DNA from: a virus
Lineage: Duplodnaviria > Heunggongvirae > Uroviricota > Caudoviricetes
Virus record (IMG/VR): IMGVR_UViG_3300000228_000007
Reading direction: 5' to 3' (one strand)
DNA: 11,712 nt
Shown here: piece after piece, positions 1 to 9,772 of the stretch
How the letters are laid out: every line of letters starts with the position of its first letter
Position numbering within the stretch: position 1 is the stretch's first letter
Program-made: the position numbers and the translations under genes
Notes under the pieces: generated by a model
Told to the model about the DNA's origin: nothing
Database searches by the model: none
Seen by the model: only the letters and a program-made list of their open reading frames with translations

Positions 1-120
1 ATTTTAGTAGAAGAACCTAAATATAATTGATATTTTTGAGAACTAATTGAAGAACAAAACGTAAATCCATATGAATATATAGATGCCGTAGATATATTAA
101 TTTATTCACTAACAAGATAA
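1..120 (+). CDS. Hypothetical protein, 3' part (5'-truncated by the window)
   Basis: Frame 1 open under code 25 (ILVEEPKYNGYFGELIEEQNVNPYEYIDAVDILIYSLTR), TAA 118-120, next ATG 3 nt later. A decayed paralog lies at 656-782. Confidence 0.6.
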
Positions 121-547
121 TATATGATTAATTTAAGACTTTTAAGACTTTTAATAGATGAACTATTAAAAATAGATGGTAACAAAAATATATTAGTGAT
201 GTCAAATACTGCTGATGCAGAAGATGAAGATTATGACATAACGTATGAAGCTCAAGAATTTGATTCTATAAAAATAAGTGATTTGTTAGTATTAATAAAA
301 AGATTTTCTGTCTCAAATATTAATATTATATGAAACTTTACAGATCCTAAATGATATAATGAAATTATGATTTGATTTGACGTTTGAGACAATGGAGATG
401 AGAGTATAACTTTATTTTTTTATTAAAAATTAAATATATGAAATCGGAGAATTTATAGATGTTATAGGATTATAATTATAAATATGAAGTAAAATTGAAT
501 ATATAATGTGCAATGGCGTAGATTTAGGATTCGTTTGAATAAGTAAC
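19..547 (+). repeat. Degenerate direct repeat, copy A (pairs with about 687-1243)
   Basis: 388-439 is identical to 1149-1200 (52 bp) and 498-547 to 1194-1243 (50 bp). Coding parts are highly similar with substitutions and indels. The 5' boundary is approximate and may extend outside the window. Confidence 0.9.
124..426 (+). CDS. Hypothetical protein, 100 aa; paralog of 786-1187 lacking 34 internal residues
   Basis: ATG 124 to TAA 424-426 with TGA read-through: MINLRLLRLLIDELLKIDGNK...GFDVGDNGDESITLFFY. Frame is conserved in both copies. Confidence 0.75.
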
Positions 548-586
548 ATGGAAAAAATTGAAAAAGAAAAAGGAATTACATTTTAA
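438..586 (+). pseudogene. Possible small gene remnant
   Basis: Protein-like pieces (EIGEFIDVIG / GSKIEYIMCNGVDLGFVGISNMEKIEKEKGITF) are broken by stops and apparent 1-nt losses. The 3' part recurs at 1202-1243. Confidence 0.35.
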
Positions 587-598
587 TTCCTTTTTCTT
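564..598. terminator. Intrinsic terminator-like hairpin, likely bidirectional
   Basis: Perfect 15-bp inverted repeat AAGAAAAAGGAATTA (564-578) / TAATTCCTTTTTCTT (584-598), 5-nt loop, at the end of repeat copy A. Confidence 0.8.
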
Positions 599-655
599 GA
601 TTATTTTACATATTTATATATGGTATAAATACCATTATTTTAATAACTTGAACTA

Positions 656-782
656 ATGATTAATAATCATAAAATATTAATAACGGAAAATATAACTAAA
701 TGATATTTTTGAGAATTAATACAAGAATAACAACATAATCCTTATGAAGATATGGATACTATTATATTCACTAACCAGATAA
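656..782 (+). pseudogene. Decayed paralog of the 1-120 gene
   Basis: MINNHKILITENITKGYFGELIQE then premature TAA 728-730, followed by NPYE. A later frameshift relative to copy A (...SLTR-TAA equivalent at 780-782). Confidence 0.6.
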
Positions 783-1243
783 TGTATGATTAATTTAAGA
801 CTTTTAAGAGACGAACTATTAAAAATAGATGATAATAAAGCTGTATTAGTAATGTCAAATACTACTAACGCAGAAGATGAAAATTATGACATAACGTATG
901 ATGCTGTCGCATATGATATGGATAAATGAGAATTATATCTAACTATAGCACCTGAATACGTATTAGAATATACATATGAAAATTATTTGAATTTTAATAA
1001 AAATAAACAAGAATTTGATTCTATAAAAATAAGTGATTTGTTAGCATTAATAAAAAGATTTTCTGTTTCAAATATTAATATTATATGAAACTTTACAGAT
1101 CCTAAAGATGAATGATATAATGAAATTATGACTTGATTTGAAGTTTGGGACAATGGAGATGAGAGTATAACTTTATTTTTTTATTAAAAATTAAATATAT
1201 AATGTGCAATGGCGTAGATTTAGGATTCGTTTGAATAAGTAAC
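687..1243 (+). repeat. Degenerate direct repeat, copy B
   Basis: See copy A. Carries 102 extra nt (906-1007) and lacks the 65 nt corresponding to 440-504. Confidence 0.9.
786..1187 (+). CDS. Hypothetical protein, 133 aa, apparently two related small modules
   Basis: ATG 786 to TAA 1185-1187 under code 25: MINLRLLRDELLKIDDNKAVLV...IKISDLLALIKRFSVSNINIIG...GFEVWDNGDESITLFFY. Confidence 0.8.
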
Positions 1244-1311
1244 GATGAAAATGCTTAAATGTTGAATATTGGAGGTGTTTGAATACTTTACATTGTAATA
1301 ATTAATAATAT

Positions 1312-1479
1312 ATGAAAATTTCAGAGCTTAAAGAATTAATAAATAAAATACCAGATGATTTTTATATAGTAGGATTTAGTCCGTATCCAAGCTATTGACC
1401 ACTTATTAAAGAAAATATAAGAGTAAATAAGAAAAAATTAGAAGTAACGATTTCATTAGTAGATCCCATAAATAATTAA
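1312..1479 (+). CDS. Small hypothetical protein, 55 aa, phage-like
   Basis: MKISELKELINKIPDDFYIVGFSPYPSYGPLIKENIRVNKKKLEVTISLVDPINN, TAA 1477-1479, 15 nt before the ligase ATG. Confidence 0.65.
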
Positions 1480-1494
1480 TAACTTACAACAAAA

Positions 1495-3162
1495 ATGTTA
1501 AAAATAACAAAAGAAAATTTAATATATTTACAAAATTTATTAATGGTAAATTTTACTATTGTAGATAATATAGATAAAATTTTTAATATCTACCATGAAA
1601 ATTATGGTTTTGCATTATCAAATGAAGATATTAATAGTATTATTAACTCTGATATTTCAATACTTTCAAACTTTGATAACTATGTATTTATTGAAAAGTC
1701 ATCATGATTAAAAGAAGATATTTTTAATATATGCGTAGAACGTAAAAAAATCTCCATAGGAGAGTGATTAGATAATTTTAACGGTTATGTATTAACATAC
1801 CATGATGACATACGTCTATGAGAAAAATTTAGAGATTTAGATATTTATGATAATAGTGGAAATTTATTAACATTAAATCAAAAAATAGTATTAATTTGAC
1901 ATATTGGAAAATTCATTCAAACAAATTTTTTCTTACAAATGTTTAGAAGTTTGTATATAAATGATTATGGTGTAATTATAAACTTATTTAATTTAAGATT
2001 TTATAATGAACATGAAATCATTAATATGGCAAACGATTGAGATTTACGTTGGTCAAAAATAATTAATGAATCTGGAGAGCTTACTCCGTTTTTTATGGAA
2101 AAGGTTGACTGACAAATGTTAATGTTATTTACGTATGACAACGTTACGTTTTTACAATCAAAAGGTGCTGTTACTACGATAGATCTTATAGATTTTGATA
2201 AAAATTGAATTTTTGGTTCAGTAGTTAAATTAATTTGAACTGATTGATTGTTATACCTTCAAAAAATGTCTCAAGAAAATAATGATATAGTATATCATTT
2301 TGAACTTTTAGCAACAGTAAATCAAGTTGTGCAAGAATATTCAGAACCATGATTATTTTTGATTGGTTGAAGATATATAAATTCTTTCAGAAACTGTATT
2401 GATTTTTCAAACGAGGAAACTTTTATGAATACATATTATTGAATTTATGATTGAAAGTATATTACTAAGATAGTATTTTCAAGCGATGAAAATATTATCT
2501 ATGATAAAATTAAAAAAACTCGTGCTATTGATGATGATTATGATAACTACGTTATTGAGTGATATGTTATGGTAAAATGATACTTATTTACAAAAATAAA
2601 AAACTATCAATACTTCATAGCAAAATTAATAAAATCCTTTTCCTTAAGCAAATCAAAAGAAACCATTAATGGAATAAAAAATGTATTACAAAAAGACGCT
2701 AATTTTTTAACAATACAAACAAACTTTTTAATGGATAGTGAAAATATATATGATTCAAATTTAATTAATGAAAGTTTAGATAAAGTTTCTACATTAAAGC
2801 AAAATAGAAAACTTAAAATATCTTATACGAGATTTATTAGATATTTAGCAAAGCATATATCAAGAGATTTAGTTGATGATATAATATTTTCAATAAAGAA
2901 TAATAAAAACAAGTTTATAGAAATCTATAAAGATTTCTTAATTGAATCACTTATTGATGTTATAGCATGAATGCTTACTTCAGACCAGGAAGAAATATCG
3001 GCATTGCATAATATACTTGGTGTTGGAGGTGAACTTGATATAAGTTCAGATAACTTAAAATCAGATGTAAAAAATATCATATACGAGAAACTTAACTTTG
3101 ATGAAAATTCATATTTCATAAATAAAGTAAAAATCGTAATCAACGATATTAAATCTATTTAA
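1495..3162 (+). CDS. RNA ligase, T4 Rnl1 family, 555 aa
   Basis: One 1668-nt ORF under code 25. Ordered ligase motifs: I MEKVDG (K at 2101-2103), Ia QSKG, III HFELL (E 2302-2304), IV IEGYV (2554-2568), V TKIK (2590-2601). IV-V spacing matches T4 Rnl1 (EGYV...KIK). Confidence 0.85.
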
Positions 3163-3179
3163 TAATTAACATATATATT

Positions 3180-3614
3180 ATGGAAATAACAGATATTAAA
3201 AAAGAAATTATACAGTTAATTCATTCTTGTATGAATAAAGAATTAACACCATGAACTTTAGTAGAAACTAATGAAATTTATAAAAATGTAAAAATTACAG
3301 AAATGAAAATTTTTGCATGATACAATGCTATTTGATGACATTATGTTAAAGACTTAGATAATTTCGACTTTTATAATAGTGATTATGAAATATGAAAGAA
3401 TAGTTATCGTATTATTGGATACTATGATATAATGGCTGTGTTAAAATATATAAAATTAAAATGATTAGAAATATGTTTTATTGATGAAGGGATTTTAGTA
3501 TATTGAACTAAGTCAGGACATGATGATTATTGAATTATTCCATTTAAACCACTTCATTTATATACCGAAGAAGAAGATAAAAATTTGTTAGATTTATTAA
3601 TTAAAATTAAATAA
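3180..3614 (+). CDS. Hypothetical protein, 144 aa
   Basis: ATG 3180 to TAA 3612-3614, many TGA-Gly, ends KPLHLYTEEEDKNLLDLLIKIK. Tight operon spacing. Confidence 0.8.
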
Positions 3615-3615
3615 T

Positions 3616-3954
3616 ATGTTAGATTTAAATAAAGAACAAAATCAAAAATACATAGAATTGTCTTTGGAGATTTGAAAATTACAATCAGAATTGGATAATG
3701 AAAATATTTGACAATTATATATTGCCCATGAAAGTGAATATAATAATTATTTATATGTAGGTGCTGTTGATACAACTAAATTAACAACAGAAACGTTTAA
3801 TCTTTCAACGTTAGAAAAAGAAATATATAAAAATGTCTTACAACTTCACTGACCAGACTATGCTGAAGGTTGACTTCACTATGAAATCAGAAAGTTTAAA
3901 TATGATGAAGTTATTTTTAGTGGATATTATTATAATGATAGTAATGAAGATTAA
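3616..3954 (+). CDS. Hypothetical protein, 112 aa
   Basis: ATG 1 nt after the previous TAA, open to TAA 3952-3954: MLDLNKEQNQKYIELSLEIG...GYYYNDSNED. Confidence 0.75.
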
Positions 3955-3973
3955 TATATAATTAATAACAAAT

Positions 3974-4363
3974 ATGATACAATTAACGTATAACTGAATT
4001 AAAGTTCCTGAAAACTTTAATCCAAAAATGATAATTTCCGCATTTGATAACCCAATTGATTATAATAAGGTTGATAAATATACGGAAGATATGCTAAATG
4101 AATATGATTTTGAATATACATTTCCTCCTATAATGTGATTCCCATTAATTATAGATGAAGATATGGTCGATAATGAATATTTTTTGACTGGAGAACCAGT
4201 TTCAGAAGATGATATTTGAAAAATATGTTGGTATGTTACCGATTGACACCATAGAGTTTTATCAGCAATAAACGCTAATAAAAAATATATTGATGTAGAA
4301 CTTGATAGATCTACTATAACAATAGAAAGTGAATTAGAATTATTTGACAAAATTTATAAATAA
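3974..4363 (+). CDS. ParB/sulfiredoxin-like fold protein, 129 aa
   Basis: FPPI strand followed by WYVTDGHHRVLSA (4229-4267), the hhhDGxHR motif of ParB/Srx. TAA 4361-4363. Confidence 0.75.
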
Positions 4364-4464
4364 GGTATATATTGATATGTGTCAGAAAATTAATTAAATT
4401 ATTATAATATAAAAATATGATAGATTTTATACATAATATATGGAAAATTTCTTTTAATTGAGTA

Positions 4465-4513
<49 letters not shown>

Positions 4514-4631
4514 GATGAAATACTAAGACTAAATATATGCATTCGTATATTTCAGTCGATAATTGTAAATAAACTTAAATTTATTGATAATTATATTATT
4601 ATATCATCATTAGATAATTAACTATTTTATA

Positions 4632-6043
4632 ATGATATTAGATATAGATATTGTAGGTAAAAACATAACAAATAAAAATATAGATTGAATAGTTTCAACG
4701 CCATTATATATATCAAAATATATGGTTGAAAATTCAAATATTGACATAAATACAACAATAATAGATCCGTGTGTTTGACATGGGGTCTTTCCACTAGCAA
4801 TACTATTTTATATAGAAAAAAATATAAGTTATCTTGAGACGAATTATATGACTATTTTATTAATAAAGTAACTTGTCATGATATTAATGAAGAGTCGTTA
4901 GAAAGTTTTTTTTTATTATTAATTGAGTTTTTCAAATTAAGAAATGTAATAAAAGTTAAAAACGACTTTAAAAATATAATATTACAGGACTTCTTGTTTA
5001 ATGAATGTAATCAGAAATATGATTTATGCATATGAAATCCTCCATATATTAGAACTAAAAAAATAGAAGAAAGTTATCTTAAAAGATTAAGAAAATCATA
5101 TAAAACTTGTAAATCTTGAAATATTGATATTTATTATGCCTTTTTTGAAAAAGCAATATTAGTTGCAAATCGTGTTGTTTATATAACACCTAATTCACTC
5201 CTTTTAAATAATTCGGCAAAAGAGACAAGAAATATTATAAAGACTACTGGAATAGAATTTCTTATAGATTTTAAGGATTATAAAGTTTTTGAATGAATTT
5301 GAGCATATTGTTTAATTATTTCATTAAATAGTGAAAAAATAGATAAAAAAACAATCTTATATAGTAGTTCATTAGATTCAGAATTTATAAAAACAAATAT
5401 AAATGATATTTTTATTACAAAAAAGAATAATCATAATATAGAAATTTATAGCGGTATTGCAACACTTGCTGATAGTTTATATTCTATTAAGTTATTAAAT
5501 GGCAATTATTATACTAAAAATAATATAGAAATAGATAAAGAACTTATTGTACCTTTATATAAGTTAACAAAATTTAATCATAATTGATATATATTGTTTC
5601 CATATACAAACAAGAAAATATTAGATTTAGAAATATTATCAGAAAAATATACAAAAACATATAATTATTTATTATCAATTAAAAACGTATTAAATAATAG
5701 AGATAAGTGAAAAACGGAAAAATATGATAGTTGGTATGCTTATGGAAGAAAGCAATGATTTAATAATATAAAATGAGAGAAGGTTATTATAATACCGAAA
5801 ATGATTTCAAATAATAATAAACCGTTCGAAGTAGAATTAAATTCTCTATATGCATGACATAAACAATTTTTATTTACATCATGATATATCATAAGTTGAT
5901 ATACAGATTTAGAAAAATTGTTTATATTATCTGATATATTTATTGATAGTTGTAGAAAATATTGAAAAGCATTTCCTTGAAAGAACTTTTCATACTATTC
6001 TATTTCTAAAACAATACTTGATACTATTTTTTCAAACATTTAA
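4632..6043 (+). CDS. Orphan N6-adenine DNA methyltransferase (gamma class, Eco57I/TaqI-like), about 470 aa, with a frameshift at the A7 run 4816-4822
   Basis: Motif I IIDPCVGHGVF (4758-4790) is in the ATG-4632 frame, which stops at TAA 4869-4871. The -1 frame carries HDIN, motif IV CIGNPPY (5027-5047), YITPNS, SGIATLAD, RDKG and WYAYGRKQG, ending TAA 6041-6043. One more A restores a single ORF. Confidence 0.85.
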
Positions 6044-6152
6044 TCAATTTAAAAATGAAGTAAATATACTTGTCTTAATTGAAAAAAATTTCCCTAAAAG
6101 AAAAAACATCAGTGGTGATGGATGAAAACTTTATATAATAACAATAAATAAC

Positions 6153-6431
6153 ATGGCTAAATGATATTCAAATGACGCAATTTTAGATTGATTAAACGAA
6201 TCATATTGTTCGTTAGTTAATTCATATTGAGTAAAAAAAGATTTATTTATAAAATTAACTATAAAAGAAAAATTAGATATAATTAATGATATTGTAAATT
6301 ATGCAAATAACGGTATAGCACACTTGTATGACGTTAAAGATAAATGAATGATTATAAATTTTACATTAAACTGGTTTAAAGATCAAATTGATATAAACCA
6401 TTTTGAAATACTTAAATCAAAGTTAGTATAA
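6153..6431 (+). CDS. Hypothetical protein, 92 aa or longer (start uncertain)
   Basis: ATG 6153 to TAA 6429-6431. The frame is open upstream; ATG 6055 would give MKVNILVLIEKNFPK... if one A were added. Confidence 0.65.
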
Positions 6432-6438
6432 ATCCAAT

Positions 6439-6472
6439 AAAACTCCTTTTTATTAAATAATAGGAGTTTTTT
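6439..6472 (+). terminator. Intrinsic terminator
   Basis: AAAACTCCT (6439-6447) / AGGAGTTTT (6462-6470) stem followed by a T tract, 7 nt after the TAA at 6431. Confidence 0.7.
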
Positions 6473-6576
6473 GTTTCTTTATTTGATAATATATTACTAT
6501 AATGATACAGAATATACTGTATATAATACTGAAGTAATGCTTATGGATAACTATAAAAAAAGATATTATAAATAAA

Positions 6577-7452
6577 GTGAAAATATATCTTAGTAAAAAT
6601 GAAAATAAATATAAACTTGCTTTAATATTTGTTTTTTTTAGTTTGTTTATATGAACATTTTTACATGAAGACACATATATGAATTTCTTTATCAATATGA
6701 TATTAACTTGAGATTATTCATTGATAATGTTGCTACCTATAATTATTATTATATGGATTTCTTATGATTCAATAAATAAAAAATTATTTTACGTTTCGGT
6801 CAATTTAGCATTTAGTATTATATCACTATTATACATGTCGTTTTTATACTTAACTCATAAATATGAAAACTTTTGATATATGTTTTTTATTATTTTTATA
6901 ACAATAACTCTTATGTGAATATTTTCCTTTCTTGAAAAACTAAAAACAAACAAATCAGATCCCGTTAAAGAAAATGTATTAAAAAATACACAAGATGAAA
7001 TTATTGAAAATCAAAATCCTATTGAATTGGAAAATTTAGTAAATAATGATACTGATTTATTGTCTGATTGAATTATTGACAACCCTATAATTGAGACTAT
7101 TGAAGACAATGATACTATTATAGAAATATCAAATGAAGATAATATTGAAACTGAATTAACAAAAGATTCAGAATTAATAGAATTTTCTAATTCTAACGAT
7201 ATAGCTAATGATATAGAAGTTGTTGAAATTAAAGAAGATACGATAAAATCTCCATCGAAAATATTAATTAAAGAAAAATTAAATGAATTTAAGATTAAAT
7301 TACAGTCTTTAAGTTCAAAAGATTTGTTTGCATTAAAAGAAAAAATTACATGACTATTATTAAATAGTGAAAAACTTAACGAAGATCAAAAAAAACTGCT
7401 CCTTTTGGAAAAAGAGCATGTTATAGCAATATTAGCGGTTAATGAATTATAG
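6577..7452 (+). CDS. Membrane protein, about 291 aa: roughly 4 N-terminal hydrophobic segments, acidic linker, helical C-terminus
   Basis: Open from GTG 6577 to TAG 7450-7452. Hydrophobic blocks within about 6619-6930, then a D/E/N/I-rich stretch. Alternative start ATG 6537/6543 needs removal of one A from the A7 run 6555-6561. Confidence 0.75.
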
Positions 7453-7806
7453 ATCTATATCAAAATCAATATCTGGAAGTGAAATATCTATATCAGGCAT
7501 TGAAATATCTGGTATAAGGTCTCCTATTCAGTCAAAGAATCAAGAACTATCAGTATCAGTATTATTTTCAGAGGATGTAGGACTATGTAGTATTAAATCT
7601 GAAATTCAGGCAACGGCTTCGTCAGAATCAATAATATCGTCTTCTTCATTGTTTTCGTTATTATCTTCTTGAGGCTTACATTCCTCACAAACGTAAATAA
7701 TATTTTCGTTATGATAGTCTGGATCTAATGGAGATATTTCCATAAAATTAATACCACACTCATTACAATAAATCTTTTTAACTTCATTAACATTAATATT
7801 TGTCAT
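7447..7806 (-). CDS. CxxC-CxxC Zn-finger protein with very acidic tail, 119 aa
   Basis: C14NEC17 and C40EEC43; continues through TGA 7606-7608 to TAA 7447-7449; ends GFFDGIGDLIPDISMPDIDISLPDIDFDIDL. Confidence 0.75.
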
Positions 7807-7888
7807 AGATTATATAATTAGTAAATATATAGTTATATGATAATTATATTATTTGAAAAATTAAATTTTTAAAACATAACTATTAAAA

Positions 7889-8338
7889 ATGACTATTAAA
7901 GAAATAATACCTAAGGTAAATAAAAGTATCATAATTATATGATCTTGTGGAACATGAAGAACAACTATTGTTAATGAGTTAGTTGAAAACGTTAGTGATA
8001 TAAAATACTTTGTTGATATAGAAAGTCTTTTACTATTAAAAAATGAAGATATAGTAGTTGTGATTGTTGAATTAAACTTTAATGAAGAAGAAGTAAAAAA
8101 AATTGTTTCATTATTAAAAGAATCTAATTCTTGAAAAAGTAATTTGAAGTTTATAATTGTAACATTTTTTAGAAATGTAAATTCCGAACTTGTATATGAA
8201 AAATATAAAGATATTAGAGATAATTGTGAAATAGAAATACTTACTAATACTGATGTCATTTCAGAAAGTATAGAAAAAAGAGTATTAAACTTTAAAAGAA
8301 AAATTATATTTAAACAAGAACAAAAAATTATAATATAA
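7889..8338 (+). CDS. Small P-loop NTPase-like protein, 149 aa, Walker A Lys replaced by Arg
   Basis: SIIIIGSCGTGRTT (motif 7940-7966), later hydrophobic strand VVVIVE. TAA 8336-8338. Confidence 0.7.
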
Positions 8339-8342
8339 AATT

Positions 8343-8370
8343 TTGATAAAAATAATTTTATTATTATAAT
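8343..8370 (+). promoter_or_regulatory. Candidate sigma70-type promoter
   Basis: TTGATA 8343-8348, 16 nt, TATAAT 8365-8370, upstream of ATG 8408. Weak because such hexamers are frequent at this AT content. Confidence 0.4.
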
Positions 8371-8407
8371 AATATTGTATATAATTTATTTATTAAACTT
8401 TTTGAAT

Positions 8408-8602
8408 ATGTTAAAGAACCAATTAATAATCATTAGAGATTTTGAACAAATGATGGTTTGATCTGTTTTACCAAATACTACTAATGAAAAAGCATGGGAC
8501 TATTGAAATGAAAAATTTCCATTATTTGATTTTGATGTTTTGGAATTTGATACCATGAATGATTTAAATGAATTTCTAATGGGTGAATTACCTAAAATGT
8601 AA
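8408..8602 (+). CDS. Small hypothetical protein, 64 aa
   Basis: MLKNQLIIIRDFEQMMVGSVLPNTTNEKAWDYGNEKFPLFDFDVLEFDTMNDLNEFLMGELPKM, TAA 8600-8602. Confidence 0.65.
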
Positions 8603-8622
8603 TAAATAACTATAATTTTCCT

Positions 8623-9195
8623 ATGAAAAAAATATTGAAATATTATGAAAATGAACTTGGACTAAATTTTATCAAGATTTAGATACATGAAAGTATTATT
8701 TACAAACAAAAGATTATATAAAAGAACTTTATGATGTAAATAATTGGTTTAGAAGAGGGGCGTTTTATCAACATTTTCCTAATTTGATATATATTGAATC
8801 AACTGAAGATTGACTTTCAAAAATATATGAAACAGAACTTCTATATCCATTAAAAGCTGAAAATACAATAGCTTGGAAGCAATATAAATATCTAAAGGGT
8901 TGTTTGGATCAAGCATATGATGATTATCCTTTACAATATTCATATAATGAAATTGATAGAATGTGGTGTTTCTTTAATAAACTAAAAGATAATAATATTG
9001 CTCAGGATGGAACAGAGGTTATATCTAAAACGATGTTATGTGAATTAAGTGAGACCATTCGATTGAATATGTAATTATACATCTCGCCCAATGATAGAAT
9101 TATCACCAAGAAACTTGAAAGTAGATTGAAATTGAAATATAATACTGATTAATATATTATTTGATAGAGAATTATTACTAAATAAAAATAAGTAA
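8623..9195 (+). pseudogene. Minimal protein-kinase-like fold gene, about 190 aa, interrupted by two frameshifts
   Basis: Reconstruction: MKKNIEILGKGTWTKFY (Gly-loop-like; needs +1 A at A7 8626-8632), HFPNLIYI, YETELLYPL, then after removing one base near 9060, DGICNY...IELSPRNLKVDGNGNIILINILFD (catalytic-loop-like), TAA 9193-9195. Confidence 0.55.
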
Positions 9196-9232
9196 AAAAA
9201 AGAGAGTTATTTTAAAATGATAACTCTTTTTT
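9194..9232. terminator. Bidirectional intrinsic terminator between convergent units
   Basis: AGAGTTAT (9203-9210) / ATAACTCT (9220-9227) stem, flanked by an A tract on the left and a T tract on the right. Confidence 0.75.
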
Positions 9233-9240
9233 ATTATATT

Positions 9241-9768
9241 TTATACAAGATTTATATCCAATCACATATTTTTGAAAGAAATCAAGCATTCAGCAACTCC
9301 TTTTGCGTCATCAACTGGATTGTGCGTATGTTTTGTAAAAGAATATTTTTTCTTCCAATCATTTTTTACTTTCATTGTCTTTTCCATTCAACAGTATAAA
9401 TCTCCTACTCTTATTCAAGAGTGTCAAAACGGATTTTCTCCTACATATTTATGAAAATAATAATTTATAAATTGCCAATCAAAAGCCAAGTTGTCTGATG
9501 CAAAAACATTAGGTCAAATAGAATTTCTTTCAACCCATTTGAAAAACTTTAACATTACATCTTCAGAATTATTAAATTGTAAATGTTCTTCTCTTGAAAA
9601 TCAAGATATAGATAGGGCTACTGGATCAAAATTATCAGTAATTGGAGCAACTTCTCCATAAAAAGTTCTTGTAAGAGTATCTTCTACTATTACGGCTCAA
9701 AAAGAAACCATTGAATATAATCATGGGCAAGGTCAATCGGCTTCAACGTCTACTACTATATAGGACAT
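9241..9768 (-). CDS. DEDDh 3'-5' exoribonuclease-like protein (Rv2179c/RNase AS-like), 175 aa
   Basis: YIVVDVEADGPCPGLYSMVSFGAV (Exo I), SDNLAFDWQFINYYF (Exo II), NPFGHSG, HTHNPVDDA (Exo III). ATG 9768 to TAA 9241-9243. Confidence 0.9.
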
Positions 9769-9772
9769 ATAT

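Noticed and set aside
385-1148. TGA=Trp (table 4), suggested by TGA 385-387 aligning with TGG 1146-1148 in the paralog
   Set aside because: One position against about ten motif positions that require Gly; best read as a single Gly/Trp substitution.
1-1243. CRISPR array or IS/terminal repeats
   Set aside because: Repeats are two long degenerate coding copies, not short repeats with unique spacers; no cas or transposase seen.
1495-3162. Track ORFs 1495-1707, 2731-2970 and 2971-3162 as separate genes
   Set aside because: Same frame, separated only by TGA; they are parts of one ligase gene.
5943-6125. Track ORF starting at TTG 5943
   Set aside because: Overlaps the methyltransferase 3' end by about 100 nt; it is the upstream open frame of the 6153-6431 gene.
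6055-6431. Cognate restriction endonuclease for the methyltransferase
   Set aside because: Short, and no PD-(D/E)xK, HNH or GIY-YIG motif was recognised.
6505-6522. LexA/SOS box
   Set aside because: Orientation and spacing (ACAG-N6-CTGT) do not match CTGT-N8-ACAG.
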